Shown one piece after another: positions 11,827 to 26,370 of a DNA stretch of 59,181 nt. The DNA lies in NCBI GenBank assembly GCA_000442015.1, contig KE561226.1, forward strand, positions 1-59,181, read 5' to 3'. Position 1 is the stretch's first letter. The number at the start of each line of letters is the position of its first letter. A program made the position numbers and the translations under genes. The DNA comes from Rozella allomycis CSF55. Its lineage: Eukaryota. A model generated the notes under the pieces. The model saw only the letters and a list, made by a program, of their open reading frames with translations. It ran no database searches and had not been told where the DNA came from.

Positions 11827-14800
11827 ATGTCGTTTTACTGCCTGACTGCACAACCCTCAAGCGCAGTACTAACTTCTTTTGAATGCAATTTTACTGGCGA
11901 AAGTGATTTAAATCTTATTCTAAAGTAAAATAAAAAGGAATATTTTATAGTTATGGCACGAGAATAGTAGTCTACACCGTAACTGAATTTGGTTTGACGC
12001 AAACATTTAATATACCTATAAATGGATGTATATGTATCTTGAAGCCAGTCAAGGTTTCTGGAAGGAAGGAATCGTTGTTATTTGTGTTGACAGAAAAATA
12101 TCACTGTTTTATGTTGGGATATGATGTTGANCTGTATCTTGAAGCCAGTCAAGGTTTCTGGAAGGAAAGAATCGTTGCTCTTTGTGTTGACAGAAAAATA
12201 TCACTGTTTTATGTTGGGATATGATGTTGAGAAGAAGTCTGTGAAGACTATATCGACAGTTGACATTAAAGATAGGTTTGATAGAATAAGTGAAAATGGA
12301 CCGCTGTGCACTGTTGATAATCTAGGCCGATGCATAGTGTTGTCATTTTCACAAGGCTATGTCAAGGTAATTCAACTGGATGAAAATGGGAAAATATGTG
12401 AATCGTTTCCGCTGAGAATTGAAGCACTGGATATAGTATCGATGACGTTGATACCCGGCCATAATAACCCATTGATTGGAATGATCACTCAAGACTACCA
12501 GGAAGCGCGACATTTTGAAACTTTTGAAATATTTTTGAACCAAAAAGAATTAAATGTTTATGGATGGACAAGGAAGAATTTAGAGCGAGGGGCTAATCAT
12601 TTAATTGGACTTGAGAGTGCCGTTGTGATGATTGGTGAACATTCTATAATGTATTTTGGTGATAATGGATTCAAAAAAGAGATTGAAATGAAGCCAACAA
12701 TTGTTACTTGTGTTTGCAGAATGACTGAAAACTCCAACATGTTTCTTATTGGAGATTACAAAGGAAGACTGATGATTTTAACGATTCAAGGAAAAGCCAA
12801 AAATGTTAATTTAGATCTTGAAGAAATGGGAAATACAAATATTCCAAAGTCAATAACTTATTTAGACAATGGATTTCTATTTATTGCAGGGGGTTACTCT
12901 GATTCTCAATTGATTCAACTTCTTCCAAAGATGGATGAAAATGGTAGAAAAATAAAAATAATTGAAAATTTTACAAACATTTCTCCCATGACTGATTTCG
13001 TTTTAGAACAAATTGATCAACAACAAAGCCAGCTGATTTGCTGCAGTGGTGGCTATGAAGAGGGTTCAATACGAAGAATAAGGAATGGTGTTGGGATAGA
13101 AGAACTGGCTACGCTAGAATTAGAAGGAATAGAGTCAGTCTTTCCTATCAATAAAACAGCCAATGGAATGGAATTGGATGATAACACTACCCAATCACAG
13201 AAAACAGTTGAATCTTTACTTTTACTTTCATTTGCTAACAGCACACGAATTCTTTCTCTTATAGAATCAGAGTTTGAGCAAGTCGAGTACCCAGCATTTG
13301 AATTGCATCAAAAAACTATTTATTGCAAAAACATGTTTGATAAAATACTTCAAATAACAACAAATAAATTAATTTTAATTCACCCAGAGTCATTTGAGAG
13401 AATATGCGAGTTGAAGTTGGAAACAATAAATAAAGTTTCAGTCAGTGGCACAGTCGTTGCTGTTGCGATTGGAAAGAAGGTTGCTTTGTACAAAATAAGT
13501 AACGAAATTAAAGAAATTGCATCAATGAAAATGGAAAATGAAGTATCATCAGTCGGTGTGGATGATTCCATGCTGGTTTCTGTTGGCTTTTGGAATGATT
13601 GTAGCGTAAGAGTTTACAATGCAACAGATGTGAAATGGAAAGAAATGTTTAAAGATGAATCATTGAATGTTATTAGTAGATCAATGTTATTTGTTAAGAA
13701 TAATGAAACTGTTTACTTGATGGTAGGAATGGGTGATGGTCGATTGGTTTATTACAATTTGAATGAAGATTATAAAAGAAAAATTATTTCTCTTGGCTCT
13801 AATCACGTGGATCTTTCAACATCTCTTACTGGGGTGTTTGCATCATGTGATCACCCTGTAATGCTCTTTTTTGAACGATCTAAACTTTATTACTCTTCAA
13901 TTAATGTTCCAAATATAAAATCTCTTTGTCATTTCAATTCTCCTCACTTTCCAAATTCTGTAGTTTATTCCACGCCTTTAGCCTTAACAATTGGATCCAT
14001 TGATGATTTAGCAAAGCTGCACATTGAAACATCAATTATCGATTGTCACATCAGAAATATCACTAAATTCACTCCAAATAACATTTTCATTGCAAACACT
14101 ATTAACGTTAATGTAATTGAAAGTGAAATGAGAGAAGAGAAAACTTCATCAGTTAGAGTGTTTTCATACGACTTTAGACGTATCTTTTTCTATTAAATCT
14201 TATTTAGAAATTTCAGAATTCAAATTGGATCAACATGAAGAAGCTTCATCTGTTTCAATGATTTCAATTGGTCTTGAGGATTACGTTGTGGTTGGAACTG
14301 CTTACACAAGCAACATGCAAGACAATCTGAAAGCAACAAGCGGAAGAGTTCTCTTGTTTAAAGTTGATTCATCGTCAAATTTGATTCTAATCAGCCAAGT
14401 CAAAGTAGATGGATGTGTCTATTCCGTTNTAACATGCAAGACAATCTGAAAGCAACAAGCGGAAGGGTTCTCTTGTTTAAAGTTGATTCATCTTCAAACT
14501 TGATTCTAATCAGCCAAGTCAAAGTAGATGGATGTGTCTATTCCGTTCGACCCTTGTTGGGCAAAATAGCCGCCGCAATAAACAACAAGGTACTTTATTC
14601 TTAATCAAAAGACTCAATAGATTCATATCTTCGAATATCAAGAAAACACCTTGAAGCCTCTTGTAACTCAATCTGGATTCATTCTCATTCCTTGCATGGA
14701 AACTAGAGACAATCTCATTTTGGCGGGGGATTTAATGCGATCAGCCACATTACTGCAATTCAATCACGCGGAAAACAAAATTGAACCTGTTTGTATTGAT

Positions 14801-15409
14801 AAAAACAATCACTGGTCAAGATGTTTATCATTCATCGATGAAAATTCATTTATTCTTGCTGATGATAATGGGAATATTGTAACTTTAATTTTTTTTAATA
14901 AATGGTAGCTGTGCAAGAAAAATGAAGAAGGGAACTGCAAGACAATAGCACAATATCATCTTGGGGAAAATATTAATGTGATCACTGAAGGATCTCTAGT
15001 GGTGAAATCTCCAGAATTAGAAAATATCTTAGAGAACACTTTTATATTCGGGACAATTTTTGGAACTGTTGGAGTCGTAGCTAAAATATCGCCTGATTTG
15101 TTTGAAGTTCTCGCAAAGCTGCAACGCAATTTGGCCCGTCATTTGAACTTTGCTGGGAATATCTCACACAACGAGTAATAAACATTATGTTCGTTTAATA
15201 GATGGAGAGAATTTCAGGATGACAGAAAACACTCTTCTTCATTCGGAATGATTGATGGAGATTTGATTGAATCGATCTTAACACTCACACCTGAAACCGT
15301 GGAAATTGTAGTTAATGGTTCTACTGAAAAGAATATGAATATGCAGGCTATCGGCTACTCTGTAGAACAAACAATTCACATAGTCGAAGAATTATCAAGA
15401 CTCAAATAA
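11827..15409 (+). CDS. DDB1: DNA damage-binding protein 1 (DDB1)
   Basis: N-terminus MSFYCLTAQPSSAV..CNFTGESDLNL, plus QLICCSGGYEEGSIRRIRNGVGIEELA, LTIGSIDDLAKLHI, AGDLMRS, IDGDLIES and C-terminus VEELSRLK*. Introns 26-31 nt. Confidence 0.95.
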
Positions 15410-15432
15410 ATTAAGTTGAACACTTTGCATTT

Positions 15433-15946
15433 TTATTTTGCTGGTTTTCTCAAGGTACCATTAGCTCCCATCAATTGGGCTCTAGTCATTCCTGTTTCAG
15501 TTCCATTCTTTTGATCCATCAACTCCAAATGATCCTGCTCAGCTACAACCTCCATCACAACAGGAAACAGATACGATTTATCCTATCCTATCATCAATTC
15601 CATCTTACCTCTTCCGGTTTAGTCCACTCTTCTGGTGGCAGTTTCTCATGATTACTACTCACAAACACCGCTCTTCTGATCCTAAAGCTTCGATCAAATA
15701 TAACCTTGTCCGGTAAACGAGACAATGCCGTCTTGACAAGCTCACAATCCTCATTAATCAAATCATCGCGATTTAATCCTTTACTAATTGTCCGTTATCC
15801 TTACCATATTGACGATATTCACATCTGTTGAGATAGTTTTCACGGAAACGATTGAATCGTTCACGGAGCCTTGGATTTCTTTCAAATAATACATCCAAAT
15901 ATTGAAATGTGCGACGGGTAAATCTCCATGCCCATAAACTCGTCAT
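15433..15946 (-). CDS. QCR7: Cytochrome bc1 complex subunit 7 (UQCRB)
   Basis: Spliced ORF YRQYG|LNRDDLINEDCELVKTALSRLP..DRSFRIRRA..LPPEEWTKPEE|DKSYL matches the UCR_14kD family pattern. Two introns. Confidence 0.9.
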
Positions 15947-16582
15947 ATTGTTTAGACAGGGGTAGGGATTGCTAATGAAAATTGAAGTGGATATCATTAC
16001 TCAGCTCAAAAAATGTTCTTGAAACATTGCTAATGCCTAATTTAGCGATTTTAATCTACGTTGTAAGCGGAAAAAAGGATGACGAGTACAAAGGGTCTAT
16101 TTACTTCTTTGAAACCATGAAGAATGAAGACGGAGAAGAAATTTAAAATTATATATTTTATATTTATATTTTTATTAAGAGCTGCACGTTTCATTCGTTT
16201 CACATCGTTTTGTTTTCATAAAAAGTCTAACAAAAGTGGATTTGAGGTAGCATCAGAGCCGGTGCATATATAGTTGATTGTTAAATCGTAAAATAATTGG
16301 CACGATTGATTACCTCAAAAATACGTAATTGTAATCAAGCCAACCGGGCATAAAACCCATGGCTATGGTGGACGAGTCGACGGTTTGCGTTACACAGCTT
16401 TTATCCTTGATCATCAGTCCCACCAAGAAGGGCTGTCTAAACGTATACGTGAAACATGAATAAAGATAAGTATATTTATTTTGTACGAGGGAAACTAAAC
16501 GACGACAGCCGAAAGGGAATTTGTTAGTATATGCGATTGTGAAGCCTTGAGATGGAAAGTAAAGTAATGAAGATTCAAGAGG

Positions 16583-17453
16583 TTATATATTTATATTTCG
16601 AACTTGATTTGAAGCTTTCCGTTTCATTCGTTTCTTCCTGATTTTACTTTCCATCTTCATCGCTTTGTTTTCTTCTATCAATGGTAAAACTGATGTGATA
16701 CATAATAAAATTTGTACCTTTATCAAGGACACTATTTTTCAACTCTGTAAGAATGTCTTCAATGTCGACCACCTTTCTATCAAGGCCTTTTCCATTCAGT
16801 AGCTCCAGATAATTGTTGCACCTTCGCGTTATTTCTCTCGTCATATCGTTCCACTCATTTTCCATCACAATTCCTTCTTTTCTTGTACAAAGAAGCTTGT
16901 CCAAACAAAGTTCATTGGTTATTTTTAACGCGCCAAATGAATCCAGGATATAGTCATCATAATCAACGTCTACATTTTGGCAAGTAGTTTAAAATACCTT
17001 CACAAAAATACGATAAAGTGCTCTTATAGGTCTCCGCTTGATGGTTTATCTCTTCTATCTCCATTTCCATTTCCTGGAGCCTCTTATTCCTGTCCTTTTG
17101 TTCATAATACACAACATGTGCGTGTTGTATAAGTTCATGAAATTCAGAGATGTTGTTGTTAAATTCCTCAACCCTATCGTCCAATTCATCTAAGCTACAT
17201 AATACGATTAATTGTTACTTGATATAATTTGCTCCTCTGCAATCATAATCTGATTTTCCCTTGTCAAGGATTCGATAAGTCCTTCTTGGTAGTTTTCCAC
17301 CTGTTTCTCCATGTAAGACCAGTAAAGTTTGGGAAAGAACCTAATACTTCTAACAGGGTAATAGATTCTAAAGTGTTTTTGAAACTTGAAAGCATTAAAT
17401 GGCTTTGATTCCTAATTGAAGAGTAAGACAAGTATTACAGACATGGTCGACAT
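16583..17453 (-). CDS. Hypothetical coiled-coil protein (5 exons)
   Basis: Introns of 27, 29, 28 and 28 nt join ORF pieces into MSTMSESKPF...SNQVRNINI*. Glu-rich helical sequence with a basic C-terminus. Confidence 0.65.
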
Positions 17454-17686
17454 TGTAAACAAAACAAATGCAGCCGTATTTATATCTATTGACCTTGATT
17501 GACTTTCCTTTTGTGTAATAAATTATCAATTGTTTATTTTGATTTGTAAAAAAGTAAACAATTTTAGTAAACAAACGCATGAAGAGGTACACGTAAAACT
17601 CGGTGTCAATCAATGCTCTTCGCATAAAAGAATATATAATTTAGACCTTTAAATGACAATTTATTTGCGGTGTAATCAAAAAAAAT

Positions 17687-18704
17687 TTACTGCGTCGCCA
17701 TCGACATTGATTCAATTCTAGACTCATACTCACTCTCCAATTTAGAAATCTGCTCCAACAAGGCCGAATTTGTCATTTCATGTGAATCCACGCGCAACTT
17801 TAGCACATGGCATTCAGCTCTCAGCTGCATATTCTCTTTTTCCATACTGCGATATCTTTCATCAGCTTCATCAGCCTTTATTTGAAGAGATTTATTTAAA
17901 TCTTCCAGATACAGGATTTTCTTCTGCAGTAGAACAATTTCCGGATTAATGTCTTGCAGCTCTACTTCAGGTGCAAGTAGGTTGACGTTCTTTTGTAGAA
18001 TGTTGTCGAGATCGGTCAACTGAAATCCAATGTTTATGGATGAAAGTGGTTTCAGTAAAACTGTGCAAAGGGGTGCCCATTGTGAGGTCAAAAAGGACAA
18101 TGGCTCGTAGTAATCGCTATAATCAACACATTAATATTTTACGCCAGGTTTGAATCAAGAATTACATTGTAAACGTGACTCAACAATCCTTTGGAGAGAC
18201 AATTGCAAATCCATGCACGTAATTTTTCGATAGGAGACTTGTGATTTAATTGTTTTACGTAGTCGAGGGAATTTAGGAGTTTGCTATCTCGTTTTCTTTC
18301 TGAAATATAGGTGATGCATGAGATCGGATCGACTCGTCGCCTGTTAAATAGTTTTGTAACTGTCCAATTGTTATGCTGGTGGTTTGATTCTAATCCTTTC
18401 ACGGGTATTATTGATATTTACCTTTGTTTCCGTGTGTGAATATATTTTCCAAAACTGCTACTAATGCTTCAATGTTTGACTGTTCGTTTGTTCCTTGAGA
18501 ATTTAGTAAGGTTTGAATTGATTGTTTAAGAGAAATGTATAGTCTGAAAGGGATATCGGAAGTGTCTATGTTGGTGGGAGTTTCTAAGGGTTTTGAGGGA
18601 AAGAGGGAGGATATACTTTTTGAAAACGAGAAAGAGTTGTTATTTGAGGTGGTGTTAGAATCGATATTATCAACAAAAGTGAAAAATTCGTCCAACTCTG
18701 TCAT
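17687..18704 (-). CDS. RUN-domain protein with C-terminal coiled coil
   Basis: LVAVLENIFTHG, KSPIEKLRAWICNCLSKGLL and DYYEPLSFL..LLKPLSSINIGF are RUN-domain blocks. Two 26-nt introns. Confidence 0.8.
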
Positions 18705-18801
18705 TGAGAAATTTCAAAAATTAAGTGGTTACATTTTACTTTGACACAACAACGTAAAAACTACACATTATTTTTTAAAAGTTCATAATGTTAATGTTAA
18801 T

Positions 18802-21711
<2,910 letters not shown>

Positions 21712-21972
21712 CTTGAAAAAAATTGTTTTCCGAATTTTACTGAATGTGATCATGTTTCTTTTAAATGTAGACTTGATTACCCTTTCAAATGATATTTTTA
21801 CAGTTTAATATACTGTTTTTTAATTACGTATGTCTTGATAAGAAACAAGAAAATTACAAAGTTGCACTCACTAAATAAGCTCCTTATACTTAAAACTTTT
21901 TAGTCGTTGTAAACCATAATTATGTATTTGTATAATTCTTTATTAATCATGCAGATTTAACGTTGTTTATAT

Positions 21973-22602
21973 TCAGCGAACTCTGGCAGGTTGTCTGACA
22001 GTGTAATATTTTCCACTCCTGGTTGTGTATTTAGACAAGATTTCTTTCATTCTTTTGCGGCTATTTCGTGCACTTATATAGGCTGGTAATCCGCCAACGG
22101 TATGACTGACAAATGATTCTGCAAAACCTCTTGCATACTTTGCATTTGAATCCGCTGCTCTTGTAGTAGTGGATTCACCCCAAGCAGCAGTTTCCGCTCC
22201 GAATGCGACCAAATTCTTGGGACCAGACACCATTCGCCCAGCTTTCTGACCGAATCTTGATAGCTTTGAATCAAACTGAGATGATTTCAAATCTTTTATC
22301 GTTGATTCTTTAATCATGCTGAAACCTGAAGGTTGCTTGGTTTGCCAGTCAAGTAAAGCTTCCACCATGTTGTTTCTCGTCATCGATTTGCTGCTACCTG
22401 GCTCATAAAGAACGACGCGCTTTAGTGCTTCGTCTATGTTTCCTCCATTTATTCCTGCCAGTCTTCCTTTGAACTCTTCAATACTCATTGTAGAGTCTCC
22501 ACGGAGAGCTTCATAAACAAGCTTACTTAAATCATCGAAATCAGCAGGAACTGCAATAGTAAAGGCTAGTAATACGAAAAAAGTCGCGATAAAAAATCTC
22601 AT
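21973..22602 (-). CDS. Hypothetical secreted protein (209 aa)
   Basis: Intronless ORF with signal peptide MRFFIATFFVLLAFTIA-VP. Confidence 0.75.
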   Translation of the reverse strand: MRFFIATFFVLLAFTIAVPADFDDLSKLVYEALRGDSTMSIEEFKGRLAGINGGNIDEALKRVVLYEPGSSKSMTRNNMVEALLDWQTKQPSGFSMIKESTIKDLKSSQFDSKLSRFGQKAGRMVSGPKNLVAFGAETAAWGESTTTRAADSNAKYARGFAESFVSHTVGGLPAYISARNSRKRMKEILSKYTTRSGKYYTVRQPARVR

Positions 22603-22970
22603 GCCGCAGATAAAACAGGGGGTTGCGCCGACTCTAAATATACAAACTCAGCCACGGTGAACAAATCAAGTGTGATTGTAGAGTGTAATTTAAAAATGTA
22701 GAAGTTTAGTCTCTAGATACAATGCTTACTTTACATTTGCATAGATAATTTAAAAAACGGAAAGTAAAGATAGCAATTTAGAATTTACATTTCATGAATG
22801 ATGATACATCGTGGAAAACGAATTTTGTATTATGTTCATGAAGCTTCAAACGAAACCGGAAACATGTCGAGAATCAGGTCATCGCCTTGGTTTACCAGAG
22901 AATTTAATTAATCAATAAAAAATGTTGATATATTAAAAAAATTGTTTATTACTCTCTCCTCGGGACGCTC

Positions 22971-24281
22971 TTACATAATAAACGGTAAAACCTTTTTTGC
23001 GACTTTTTTACCCGTGTCTTTCAAACTTTCTTTATGATCATGAATACCTTCTGGCGTTAATTTTGTCATTTTTAAGAGAGTTAGCATTCTTATTGCATCC
23101 TGTTTTAATTTGGGGTCAAAATCCTTGTAATTAGTAGGGGAAGATATTTCCACAAGATTATTGAATCCTCTAATGTAATTATTTCGATTGAAGCCTTCAT
23201 AAAAGTTACTTGGAAGTCTGGGAGCCCCTGTTTTTGTATGTAGATAATTATTTGCAAGAACAATTAAATTGTTTAACGCTACGAAGCCATCTTTACCGAT
23301 TTCATTAATAATGCTCTCCCTTGCTCTATGATCAGCTGTGTCAGTGTATGTATTAGCATCATAAATCGATGACCTATGGATTCTATTGTAGGTATTCATA
23401 TTACCAACAATAAACTTTGGTTGATAGTGATCAGGGCCACTGTTCATAATTAAATCTGCTTTAGTATATCCTGCGCTTATACTATATTCTTCAATTATTT
23501 TGTTCAAATTTTTGCCCTTCAAAACTTGTTTCACTAATTGCGGGGTAACATCTGTATGAATGCTATCTTTCATACGCTCTGTTCGAACTTGATTGGAATA
23601 CGAGACAAGAAGTTGGTATGGATCTAGGTCAAGTTTTTTTGAACCAGATGGCCCATAGATTTTATTAATGTATCCTCTTAAATCAGAATACAAAACAGGG
23701 CTTTCTTCTTTTAAGATTTCGTAGAATTTTGATTGATAACTGTCGTAATCCACACCAACGTTCTTGTTCATAACATCCTTGTCAAATTTTCTTTTTAGAT
23801 TTGAAGCTGTCTGACCAACACTCTCTTTCGTAGCTTTCGCCATCGCCATATAGCCGCGAGGATTATTCTTTTTGCTGTAGGCATCAAATGCACTAGGGCC
23901 ATCTGGAGATCCTAATCCAGTTTTAAGCGCTTTTGCAACTTTAAATGCTTCTTCACTTGTTCGAAGTTGTTTTTGTAGAGAAGGATTGTTAATCATTCGC
24001 TTATCGTGTTTAGGGTCAAAATATGTTTTTTGAACTTCCATTGGGGCTTTAACAGCCTCATCTAACGGGGGAGGCGTTATTTTGTATCTAAACTCGGGTA
24101 TCGGTCGCCTTACAGGAGCTGTAGAAGGCGGGGAGGCATATTGATAGACTTCAGGAAGAGGCGGTTGCATCGTCGCGGCGGTATTCACCGCGCGATTGTT
24201 AAGATGTTGCGCTGTCGTTGGAACTAGTAGATTCTTCGTAGATTTTACGGAGGTTAAATAAAAATATATGAATAGAATCAT
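22971..24281 (-). CDS. Hypothetical, possibly secreted protein with Pro-rich N-region (436 aa from the ATG at 24281)
   Basis: Long intronless ORF. MILFIYFYLTSVKS is a short signal-like start. No family recognised. Confidence 0.7.
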   Translation of the reverse strand: MILFIYFYLTSVKSTKNLLVPTTAQHLNNRAVNTAATMQPPLPEVYQYASPPSTAPVRRPIPEFRYKITPPPLDEAVKAPMEVQKTYFDPKHDKRMINNPSLQKQLRTSEEAFKVAKALKTGLGSPDGPSAFDAYSKKNNPRGYMAMAKATKESVGQTASNLKRKFDKDVMNKNVGVDYDSYQSKFYEILKEESPVLYSDLRGYINKIYGPSGSKKLDLDPYQLLVSYSNQVRTERMKDSIHTDVTPQLVKQVLKGKNLNKIIEEYSISAGYTKADLIMNSGPDHYQPKFIVGNMNTYNRIHRSSIYDANTYTDTADHRARESIINEIGKDGFVALNNLIVLANNYLHTKTGAPRLPSNFYEGFNRNNYIRGFNNLVEISSPTNYKDFDPKLKQDAIRMLTLLKMTKLTPEGIHDHKESLKDTGKKVAKKVLPFIM

Positions 24282-24981
24282 ATGTGTTAGAAAAAATGAG
24301 GGGTAGGTTAAATGTAGAATATCTAAAAATAGTTGTTGCACGATTCGCGTTGTAATTAGCATTCATAAAAAAGGATGCTGTCAGCGGTGACATTGACTGA
24401 GCGATTTAAGAGAAAAAGATTAAGTTTAAAATATTTTGGACAAATTAGGCCAGATATTGTGTTTGTAAGAATGATACATTCCAGTAGAAAGTGTAATAAA
24501 AGAATATGCTGAAGATCCAGGAATTACAAAAAATATATTTTCAAAAGAAAACTACCGGCATTTCATTAGAAATACTAGGTAATTTTTGTAATTTGAGTTA
24601 TCTAGAATAGTGTAAATATGGTTATGGGATCATGAGGCTAACTTAAACTTTCTATGCAAATTTTAGGACAGGAAATCATTTAAAGACGGAAATTTTCGAT
24701 TTAAAAGCGTTTTGATATAGTATGAATATGATATATTGAAGTCTCTTGACTGCGGTATAAAAGGAACATTCCATTCAGTAGAAAAATGATGCACAATCCT
24801 TTTGAGCTAATGTCCAAAAGGGATTTACTCAGAAAGCTTAACAATAGATAATTGAGAGCCGATTACTAAAACATTTAAGTTACACAGGCCCCCTAATTAA
24901 TTAATTGTCACTACTGCAAAGAGTGGTCCAGTGGACAGTGGTTAATAAAGTTCCTGATTCACTTTTATTTAAATTTAAGTT

Positions 24982-25377
24982 TTAATAGAATCCATCCAAA
25001 GTATTTCCACCAAATTCATAGCTCAAGCGATCAGTAGATTTTTCCCATTCACTTTCTATTCTTGAAATAGAGTCTTTTAAGCTCTTTTCGGCTTTATTTA
25101 AACTAGCATCATCTCCAGCATTGTTGACTATAGGGACAGCCATAGCCAAACCTGTTCCAGTAACTCCCACTGCCGTTAAAATTGGGTGCTTTTTAGCCCA
25201 GTTTACTACTTTTCCTGATCGAGATGTTTTTATATCTCCTGTAGACGGGGTATGATTCACTGGGGCAGCTGGTTTCGGTGTTGTCACGACTGATGGCGCT
25301 TTCACGGTCCCAACAGGAACTGGAGAAGCGAATGTGGTTGTGGCTATAAGAGTCATTAATGTCATTAAAAATTTCAT
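24982..25377 (-). CDS. Small secreted or membrane protein (131 aa)
   Basis: Signal peptide MKFLMTLMTLIATTTFA-SP, P/T-rich linker, then WAKKHP followed by a hydrophobic Gly-rich helix. Confidence 0.75.
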   Translation of the reverse strand: MKFLMTLMTLIATTTFASPVPVGTVKAPSVVTTPKPAAPVNHTPSTGDIKTSRSGKVVNWAKKHPILTAVGVTGTGLAMAVPIVNNAGDDASLNKAEKSLKDSISRIESEWEKSTDRLSYEFGGNTLDGFY

Positions 25378-25558
25378 GGTAAACGTATGAAAAAATTAAC
25401 TGGCGAATCGCATTTTATACCTTTCCTTGTTCACGGCCGTGAACACAACTCTCCAAAAATAGCAACAGTCCAAATTTATATCTATAGCAAGTTTACATCA
25501 AAATTATCACCAGAAACATTATTCACAATTTTTGCTTTAGGGACCCTTGTTAAACGTC

Positions 25559-26297
25559 ATGTTCATTTTAGACTGGTTCCGTTCCATTTTGGATTTTCTT
25601 GGTAATTTTAAACGCAATGCATAAAAGGTCTTTCACAGAAGAATGCGAAACTATTATTTTTAGGATTAGACAATGCAGGCAAGACAACTCTATTGCACGT
25701 CCTAAAAAATTCACGTATGGCGACACTGCAGCCAACTCTCCATCCAAGTATATCAAAATAATATGTTTTTTGTAGCTAGTGAGGAATTGATCGTTGATTC
25801 TGTTAAATTTACCACATTTGATTTGGGTGGCCATAAACAAGGTAAGGTTGATGATGGGCTTTAATATAGCGAGAAGATTGTGGAGAGATTATTTTCCAGA
25901 AGTTTCTGGAATCGTTTACATGGTGGATTGTGCTGATGTTAAGAGATTAAATGAGAGTATTGAAGAATTTGGAGTAAGAAGATTATAATTGTCGTGATAG
26001 AACCTTTTGACAATGGAAGAAATTTCCAAGGTTCCGATTCTTGTTCTAGGAAATAAAATTGATCTTCCAGGTACGATATTATTTGGTGTGTGAAAAGGCG
26101 CCATATCTGAAGAAGAATTGCGTTATCGCTTTAATCTCCAAATGACAACTGGAAAAGTAAGAATGATTAAAACTTATTACATGCAGGGCAAAGTTGCTTT
26201 GGCCGAAAACATTCGCGCTATTGAAGTGTTCATGTGCTCCATTGTTCTAAAGAGTGGATATGGCGAAGGATTCCGTTGGTTGTCGCAATACGTTTAA
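25559..26297 (+). CDS. SAR1: Small GTPase Sar1 (COPII)
   Basis: [27 protein letters not shown] and [17 protein letters not shown]. Six introns of 26-30 nt. Confidence 0.97.
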
Positions 26298-26370
26298 TAT
26301 AAATAATTTTCACGGATTTATTTCTTTTAACCTTTATTGAGTGTCTTTTGAATCCAAGCCACCTGTATTA

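Larger units (their letters stand above)
1820..14550. repeat. Diverged local duplications joined by single N (probable uncollapsed haplotypes)
   Basis: Single Ns at 2329, 3456, 4306, 5072, 6129, 6510, 10346, 10675, 11405, 12131 and 14429, each flanked by two similar but non-identical copies of the same segment. Confidence 0.85.

Noticed and set aside
1820-14550. True tandem gene duplications of the DnaJ, carrier, protease and DDB1 segments
   Set aside because: Every pair is separated by a single N and the copies are partial, which is typical of scaffolded allelic contigs.
16431-16510. GGCTGTC/GACAGCC complementary pair suggesting a structured ncRNA
   Set aside because: Only 7 bp of complementarity and no recognisable snRNA, snoRNA, SRP or RNase P motif.
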